DNA of 64,000 nt from Podarcis erhardii. Its lineage: Eukaryota. The stretch is taken from assembly GCA_964252035.1 (NCBI GenBank), contig OZ176200.1. One strand, 5' to 3'. The notes beneath the pieces are model-generated. The model saw nothing but the letters and a program-made list of their open reading frames with translations, was not told the DNA's origin and ran no database searches. A program made the position numbers and the translations under genes. Every line of letters begins with the position of its first letter. Within the stretch, counting starts at the first letter, position 1. Shown here one piece after another: positions 55,279-64,000 of the stretch.

Positions 55279-56053
55279 GTAAGGTAGAAGCATCTGCCAC
55301 TTATATTCACAGTGGTATATTTGACCCTTAAATGAGAAAAGGGCATACTGCTAGTGAACCCAGGTAAAGCTTTGTCAGTCCCGTGACTTGTGAATAAAAT
55401 CTATGGCATCAGTGGCATATTTCTTTACAAACCAGATTGACTTCATACTTTATTTTTGGAAGAAGAATCAGAATATAATCCAAACTGATTCCTGGTTGAC
55501 CTCTGAATAAGTAGAACAAAACAATGTCTAAGCCTAGTTCTCCCATGGCCATTTTGCTTTGTTTTTGCATTATAATTATGCATTTGTTGCTAATTCATTG
55601 TGAGCCGCCCACACAACAACCCTTCACACTTGTCCTTCTGCTGTAAAAATAGTCCATTTTCCCACATTTAAACTGCGAGATTTGGTTTATCAAAAAATGA
55701 TTTTTTCTTCTTCATTATGTACATCCATTGGGGACGGAAGAAATTCAATGATCAGGGCTAGCATTTTGGCTTGCCAGACAGAAGGCCCCCCCCCCCCCCG
55801 CCTGCATTCAATTGCAGAGGTTCTCTCAACCCCTGTCCCCAGAGCCAATTTGGGGCGGGGGGAGAAAAGGCAGGGAAAGCCCTATGACACATGTGAAAGT
55901 CCTTGCTGAAGGCTTCTACTTGACAGCATTCATTAGTTGAATCCTGTTTTAAGGGGATTTTTTATTCAAACATTTTCGAAGCTCCCCTTTGGCCAAAAAT
56001 GGTATTTTGTGTCGGTCTCACAAATCCATAAAAACAACTGGATTTATTCAGTT

Positions 56054-56280
56054 TGGTTCCAAACTACAAGAAAAAAGATTCCACCTAAACATTAGGAAGA
56101 ACTTCCTGACAGTAAGAGCTGTTTGACAGTGGAATTTGCTGCCAAGGAGTGTGGTGGAGTCTCCTTCTTTGGAGGTCTTTAAGCAGAGGCTTGACAACCA
56201 TATGTCAGGAGTGCTCTGACAGGGGGTTGGACTCGATGGCCCTTGTGGCCTCTTCCAACTCTATGATTCTATGATTCTAT
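56054..56280 (+). mobile_element. CR1 3' fragment (same subfamily as 10793-12395)
   Basis: Near-identical to the 3' end of the long copy; (ATTCTATG)n tail; 17-nt deletion in the 3'UTR. Confidence 0.93.
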
Positions 56281-57502
56281 TCGCAATAAAAACAAACAGC
56301 AAAACCAGCAATATATCAACCAACAGATGAAAACCATTTAACTGTGCAGTGTGGGATGCAGCTGCACAAGAGTCTTGGGCACCTTTTCTGTTAAATACTC
56401 TATGCATATTTTCTGTGACATCAATGTCGATGAGCAACACAGCTCTCTCTAGGCATGTCTTTGCCATTTTGTGAACAGTTCATATTTTCACAGTGAAAGG
56501 CAAACCATCTTTACTCAGAAGAAACTCCTACGGTAGTTAGTGGGGTTTATTATTCCAAGGAAAGTGTACAAGAACTGCAATCCCACAGGGCAACTGTATA
56601 CTCACATTTTTCTGGAACTGGAGCTATGCTGGTAGAAGTCGTTGGAAGGGAAATTAGTTATAGCCATCAACTGAAGGGCTATAGGATATGGTGACGGTCT
56701 GTGCCTTCCCATACTGCCTATATTCCACCCATCAGTCCCAGTGGCCCCATGGCAGCTAAAATTAGTAGTACTAAGAATGCAATGCTATTTTCCAAAGAAG
56801 TGTATTTTCCAAAGTTATCCATTCTTTCAATCAACAGAGACAGGATGCCTCATAATATAATCTCATATCTGGCAGTACTACTAATTTTAGCTGTCACAGG
56901 GCCACTGAGCTTATCTTCATCAGACTCTGTGATCTCAAATCTTTGGTCTGGAGCTTGCCCCATCCATGTAAGTTGCTGCAACTGAATTCCATGAATTTTG
57001 CTACCCCACATCTTACACTGCTCATGTGCATAGCCCATTTGCATGGGCTAGAAAAAAGGAGGGGGATTCAGCAATAACATGCAAATCGGCCCCTAGGCTT
57101 ATTCTTGCCACAAAATTTATAAAGAGGGAAAAGGAAGTTGCTAGTGAACACATTACTTTTATTGTATTTCCCTTCCTATAAAGAGGGTGTTTCTACACAG
57201 CAGCTTCTTGTGGACTTGGTGCCATACAGTGCCCACACTCAACAGCAGCAGCATCACAATAATATAGCATTTGGGCGGTGTTTGGTTGGAGCCTGAGGAA
57301 TGTCTCTACCTGAAGCAGTTACGCCATTGGCTTCCATTGGTTGCTGTCTTATCAGACCTGTGATAAGGGGTAGCAGCCCCATTCTTTGGGTGTCAGTGCT
57401 GAAACTACTACTTGGTGCCAAACATTTATGAGCTTGTCTTCCTTATAACTTCAAATGCAAACTACTTCAATTAATTCTTCATGTGATACATCCTCGATGC
57501 CT

Positions 57503-57650
57503 TTGGAACAGCCTTCCCAAACTTAGTGCCCTCCAGATGGATTGGACTACAACTCCCATCAGGCCCAACCAGAGCAGCAATTGTTAAAGAAAATGGGGGT
57601 TGTAGTCCAAAACATCACTGGGGGTGGGGTGGCCAGTTTGCAAAAGGCTA
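57503..57650. mobile_element. Degenerate hAT MITE (25842-like); a similar partial copy lies at about 52325-52400
   Basis: ccctccagatggattggactacaactcccatc...ggggttgtagtccaaaacatc. Confidence 0.6.
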
Positions 57651-57706
57651 TGGTGTGTTTCCATAACAAATGCCTATTTCATCCTTTCCTGTCACCAGTA
57701 GATTGA

Positions 57707-58159
<453 letters not shown>

Positions 58160-58885
58160 TAGGCAGACACAGAGAAGGTCCCTTGGGACTCACTGTAGGA
58201 CTAGCTGGGGAGGAGCAAGACACCCTAAGCAACAGCTTAATGCTGAGGGAGCATATGTCATGAGTGTCCATGAGTCTGATTCTTAATAAAACTGCTAGCT
58301 GCAAGTTTCCTGTCTGGCCTTGTCTCTCTCTGATCTTCGCTGAACTGTGCTACATGTCAGCGCTTCCCCGTGACAGCTGAAATGTAAAAATATAACCTGG
58401 GTTTTTCAAGTAAAGATTTTAGGAATGTGTTGTAATGAAACAAACCCTTTATTTCAGGTTGGCTGAAACATTAATATAAGCTGTTTTTGCTTATGGTAAT
58501 TTGGCCCAATTTGGCCTGCAAGGCCATTTCCCTCCAACCCACACAACCACTGGTCACGAGTGTCGTCAGCTGATGGGTCAGAAGACAGGGTTTAATCCTG
58601 CATTTGGCCGTACACCCTGTTCCCAGGTAGGAACAGCCAATGGAGCAGGCTTTATTCCCTACTCATTAGCTGATGGGTGGAGTTTAAAGCTCTTTCCAGA
58701 AGTGCTGTTTGAAGCAGGTCAGGCTTCTTCTTTTTTTACTCCAGTGGGGTTGTGGCAGCAGGATAAGGGAGAGGAGTCTCCCCCTCCACCCCACTGAGAC
58801 GGCCTGCCCACAAGCTAAGAGGAGGAGCATTTGCAAACACCGCTTTTCCAAAGCGATGTAAGGCAGCTACCAGTAATAAGCAGTA

Positions 58886-59111
58886 CAGTGGTACCTCAGG
58901 TTACATACGCTTCAGGTTACAGACTCCGCTAACCCAGAAATAGTACCTCAGGTTAAGAACTTTGCTTCAGGATGAGAACAGAAATCGTGCTCTGGCGGCG
59001 CGGCGGCAGCAGGAGGCCCCATTAGCTAAAGTGGCACTTCAGGTTAAGAACAATTTCAGGTTAAGAACGGACCTCCGGATCGAATTAAGTCCTTAACCTG
59101 AGGTACCACTG
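58886..59111. mobile_element. Tigger/pogo-like MITE, 226 bp
   Basis: Perfect 18-bp TIR CAGTGGTACCTCAGGTTA; TA TSDs. Confidence 0.93.
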
Positions 59112-59510
59112 TACTCCATATGCACATTGGCTGATGGCAGGGTGATCCTGACTGGTCTGGGTGCATGTGAGAACTCTCTGCAGGGAACTCTCTCTCACAC
59201 ACCTGAACCTGCTCAGATAGGTTTTCCGCATGGCAGACAGCAAGGTCCTGCTAACAGGAAGATTTTTTCCTTTGAAATGAAGCAGGGGGGACTTTCCGTT
59301 AGCTACACCTTGCTGCCTGCTGCTTTCAGGACTTCAAAACACCAGATCCCCTGATGTAATTTGTGACATTAGTTGATGGGTAAGGATCTGGCCTGTGGAG
59401 CCAAAAAGGTTCCTCATCCCTGTCCTAATACTACAAATTATAAAAGATGCTGCACCCCAATTGGGAAGCAACAGAAACTCAGAAAATGCATATCAAATAA
59501 AACCACTAAT

Positions 59511-59746
59511 TGTACCTTGGATCCCAAACACCCTGGAACTCGGACATTTTGGCTCCTGAACACCACAAACCCAGAAGTGATTGTTCCGGTTTGCAAACGT
59601 TCTTTTGGAACCCAAATGTCCGACGGTGCTTCCGCAGCTTCTGAAGCTTCCTGCAGCCAGTCAGAAGCCGTGATTTGGTTTTTGAATGTTTTGGAAGTCG
59701 AATGGACTTCCGGAACGAATTCTGTTCAACTTCCAAGATATGACTG
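59511..59746. mobile_element. Older Tigger-like MITE (left end degenerate)
   Basis: Right end ttccaagatatgactg-TA; left end gtaccttgg; internal ggaac/gttc motifs. Confidence 0.65.
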
Positions 59747-59812
59747 TATTTAGTTAATATGGAAATAAGTTCAATTTACATTAATAAAATTGTGCCTGCG
59801 TCATCTAGTTAA

Positions 59813-60004
<192 letters not shown>

Positions 60005-60570
60005 CTATTACCTATCTATCCACCACACATCCTTACCCTCTCCCATCCAGGAGCACTTTTCTTTCTGTTTGCAAAGCGGGCTCTGCTCTGCCTTTTTTCT
60101 TCCCCTCCCCTCTGCCCTTCCTGTTTCCACTTCAGATCCCAGATCCCATTTGGGGTGGGGGCAGCAGAGGGGGAAATGTTGAAATGAAACAGTTTATCAT
60201 GCCCCTAAAAGAGGACGGTTTACAAAATTATTTTCTGCAGAAAAAGAAGTTACATATCAGCAAACGTATTTTATTACAGAAAAAAAAGTATTTTTCTCCA
60301 AGATTGAAGCGTAAATAGAAAATGTTAGAAGTATTACACAAAATATATACGGTTTGTTTTTCTTCTTCTTGCCATTCAGACATAGGAAATGGAGTTCCGT
60401 GTTGCGTTCCATCCTAAGATTCCCAAGCCCAGCGCCACTCCCCCCACACCTGTCTCTATTTCCTTATCACATTTATTTTAAGAGGCGGAGGCACACAAGT
60501 GCATGTATTGCTGGTTCACTTGTTTCATGAAAATATTTTACAATAAAACTTTTTGAAATTGCTGTGTTTT
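60005..60570 (+). other. ACTN1: ACTN1 3'UTR (end approximate)
   Basis: Follows the stop codon, has AU-rich blocks and ends shortly after AATAAA at 60542. Confidence 0.7.
60542..60547 (+). terminator. Polyadenylation signal AATAAA
   Basis: Canonical hexamer about 540 nt after the stop, with a downstream GU/U-rich tract (gctgtgtttttt). Confidence 0.7.
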
Positions 60571-61234
60571 TTAGGGAAAAATAATGTACACAGCTCATGT
60601 TTTCATATTTAATTAAAATTGCAATATGCCTACTTTGTGTTGTTGCTGAAAGTTGTCTGGTTTCCAAACATGGCGCTTGAGAGTTGGCATCTTTGATATT
60701 GCTTGTCACAGACCATATTAAAAAGAAAACTTATTGTGATAACAAATCTAGACGTCATTCTTTTGTCTAGTTAACTTGTTTCTCTATAACTTTCCAACAC
60801 TATTCAGAATGCATTGGTAGCTTGGAGGGTTTTTTGTATATTATTCTGATGTTCATGTTTTTACCTGTTTTCTTAAATGCAAGACACCAAAGTGCTTTCC
60901 CCTCCTCCACTCTGCTTTGGAATTGTATTGATGTTTACGTGGCTGGTATTACTGCTTCAAATGGAGATAATCTTAAGATAACGAAAGATAAACTTGGACC
61001 AAACATAAAGTATGCAAATTGCTGGAACTTACAGCTTTTTTCCAGCAAAGAAATAATTAGCAGTCAATTTTCCTGTTTTAAAGAAGGTTTTTAAGTGACT
61101 GACAACAGTCTTATACATGTCTTACTCAGAAGTCCATGGAGTTACTTGGCACTTACTCCCAGCTAAGTGGGTATAGGACTGCAGGCTTACAGCATGTTCC
61201 AATGCAAGTTTACTCAATGTTAAGCCACACTGTA

Positions 61235-61442
61235 CAGTCATGCCTTGGGTTGCGAACGCTACGGGTTGTGCGTTTTCAGGTTGTGGACCGCGCCAAACCC
61301 GGAAGTACCGCAACGGTATACTTCCGGGTTTCGGTGCTCGCACATGTGCAGAAGCACCAAATTACGTCATGCATGTGCGCAGACGTGGCGCTGCAGGTTG
61401 TGAACATGCCTCCTGCACAGATCACAACCCGAGGCATGACTG
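61235..61442. mobile_element. Tigger-like MITE, 208 bp
   Basis: TIR CAGTCATGCCTYGGGTTGYGA (19/21 match); TA TSDs at 61233-34 and 61443-44. Confidence 0.9.
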
Positions 61443-63604
61443 TATTCGCAACCCAAGGTATGAATGTATTCAGTGTGTCTTGCTCTTAGGTAAGTGTGCA
61501 TAGGATTGCAGCCTTAATTTTATAAGTATTCTCATCTTATTTGATGAGCCATTGCATTATTTCCAATCCTAGGCACTGGAAGATATGAAATCCACATCTT
61601 CCCCCGCCCCCAATGTACAATTGGCTTTAAAGCAATTGTTTTCGAAACCAATAAATTTTGTGTGTTTAGTTTGTCTTGGGATTTTCTTCCAGCTTTTGTG
61701 TATGTTTTTGTTCTCGTATCCACATCTCTGTAAGTGTATCAACATATTCTTAAACACAGGGGGGAGGGGGAAAGGGAAGCTTTGAAGGACGGTGAATAGA
61801 AGATTTTACAAGAGAAAGTACCACAGGCGGCTACTGTGAAAAGCTGGCAGCACTGTGCTGAAGTGTCTGTTTAAAGACACAAACTCTCTCTCATCTTTGT
61901 TAGGAACAAATGTTTTTCTCCATTGCCAGTTTTTCCCCAAAGGTATCTGAGCCTGTGTAAATGATCGGGATTCTTGCTGCAGTACTGTAATTTAATTGTT
62001 GTTCCAAGAACAAGATCCCTATTGAGCAATAATCTGCAAATTCACACGGGACACCTATATTTGTCTGTGGTTATCCAAGTAGCACCAAGGCCGGTTAATA
62101 AGAACTTTGCTTCAGAGTACCCTCACTTTTAAATTTTGCTGTGATGGTATCAGTTTATTATTTAACTGGAAGGTCATTACAATATTGTATACAAATCCAG
62201 CAGCAGCAATAAAATTAAATTTGCTTCTAGCAGCCTTTTATGCATGTTTTAAAACATATTTGAGAAATTAGCTTCTTGACAATTCACTACCTTTCTGCAC
62301 ATACCCACTTTAGCTGCTTTACTTTCATACTATATGTATCTCAGGTGAACAAAATGATTTCTACTCCGTTCTCTCATTGGCATTTGGTCTGCAGCCTATA
62401 AGGTCAAATATAAATTTCCTCCAAGGCACCACACACATCTTTAGTATTACTGGAGAATCTCTTATTCTCTGTAATCCTGCACCTTGCTGAAATTCCCTTT
62501 TCCACCCAGGTATGTATATGTGTATACAGTATATACCCACAGGTCTCAGGGCAGTTAAAGATGCAGAAACACTCCTCTTTTTCACCTGTCCATTATGAAA
62601 TCTAAGCATCCAAAAGGCCCTTTGGAGGGTTATATATTTTCAGTGCTGCAGCTCCACTGGCACAATAGATGTGCGCAAAACAAAGCTGCTTCTTCCCCTC
62701 CTGCCCGCCACCCTGTGTTCATGAGGGTTGGGGGACCCTCTGGAGCAGATTGGGGATGGGGGAATGAGAAGGAACGGCAGTCCCTAAGGCTGAGCATCAG
62801 AAGAGGAGGAAACTGGGAGTATCATCTGATAAACCTCAGCTGCAGAGAAAGGCAGGTGGATAAAAGGAGTAGTAGCCAGAACTGGTTTGAGGCCTGTTAA
62901 TGTGGGAGGGGAGGAAGCTGAGATGTTGCTGATAGGGAATTCTAGGAGCTATGGGACGGGGGGGGGGGTAGCAGAAGCTTGTGGTCCTGCTGGGTGACCA
63001 GGTAGCTGAATAGTACAGACCTGTCTGCTAGAACTAACAGTGGAAGAGCCAGAAGGATGTTAGCTGAGCTGTTTCTACTGAGCATGGGGGTGGGCACTGC
63101 TGCGTGCCATATGCTGCCATGCATTTTTACCCATCTTCTGAGAAGTTGAGCACAGGGATACTAACATCCCACTACTATTTTGAAAGGTGAGTTTGGTGAG
63201 ACTCCATAGTTGTTATTATTAATTATCAGTCATAAAATTTATATGTCACCAGATCACACAGATGTTTACAGTATAAAAATACAGAATACATAACATTATA
63301 ACAAACACACACACACCACACACAAGTTCTCCAAGCAGACAAACTTGCAGGCCCAGAGCAGAACCTAAGCTCTTCTCTACTCCCACTATCTTGCCCCTCA
63401 GGAGGCAGAGGACCCCATTGCACCTTTGCTGACAGGCTGAACAGGAGGCTGAGGATACAATATTTCCCACCATGTACAGATAATCTTACTGGATTAGGCA
63501 GTATCAGTCAAAGGGGTCTCTTGGACAGAGGGCAGCAGTAGCCACTATTAAACAGTGTCCCCAAGTATGTTGGTGTTACCAGTTGGGCAGAATTTTGCTA
63601 ACCT

Positions 63605-63943
63605 CATGGGTGGCGCTGTGATCTAAACCACTGAGCCTAGGGCTTGCCGATCGGAAGGTCAGCGGTTCAAATCCCCACAACGGGGTGAGCTCCTGTTTGC
63701 TCGGTCCCTGCTCCTGCCAACCTAGCAGTTCGAAAGCACGTCAAAGTAGATAAATAGGTACTGCTCCAGCAGGAAGGTAAACAGCATTTCTGTGCGCTGC
63801 TCTGGTTTCACCAGTGCTGGCCACCATGACCCAGAAAAACTGCAGACAAACGTCGGCTCCCTCGGCCAGTAAAGCAAGATGAGCGCCACAACCCCAGAGT
63901 TGTTCGCGACTGGACTTAACTGTCAGGGGTCCTTTACCTTTTT
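63605..63943 (+). mobile_element. Sauria SINE, near full length
   Basis: gggtggcgctgtgatctaaaccactgagcc...gcagttcgaaagcac...ggacttaactgtcaggggtcctttaccttt matches the lacertid-type Sauria SINE as I recall it. Confidence 0.92.
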
Positions 63944-64000
63944 ATAAAACAATCAGTAAAGTTGGGGTGAAAATTTGGTAAACGGGGGGAGGGGGGGAGA

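Overview
This is vertebrate genomic DNA, most likely from a lacertid lizard: it carries a Sauria SINE, BovB, squamate-type CR1/L1/L2 and lizard-type MITEs. The species cannot be determined from the window. One gene dominates: alpha-actinin-1 (ACTN1) on the + strand. Coding exons 2-21 and the 3'UTR are present; exon 1 lies upstream, so 1-16043 is intron 1. All exons have AG/GT boundaries and the lengths I recall for human ACTN1. Two alternative-exon pairs are visible: the known EF-hand pair 19a (NM) / 19b (SM), and a second intact duplicated actin-binding-domain exon 8 pair (8a/8b) that the ORF track misses. The introns hold many transposons, several with intact target-site duplications (TSDs). 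The most notable items are: (1) ACTN1 exon 8b, with built-in premature stops that would enforce exclusivity; (2) a conserved distant-branch-point / AG-exclusion / RBFOX architecture around exons 19a/19b; (3) a tail-to-tail fusion of two different L1 copies forming a 331-bp inverted repeat; (4) a 1.1-kb non-coding retroposon with an 18-bp TSD nested in a Tc2-like MITE. I found no prokaryotic-type system or CRISPR array. Comparisons to human, rat or repeat consensus sequences are from memory, not from searches.
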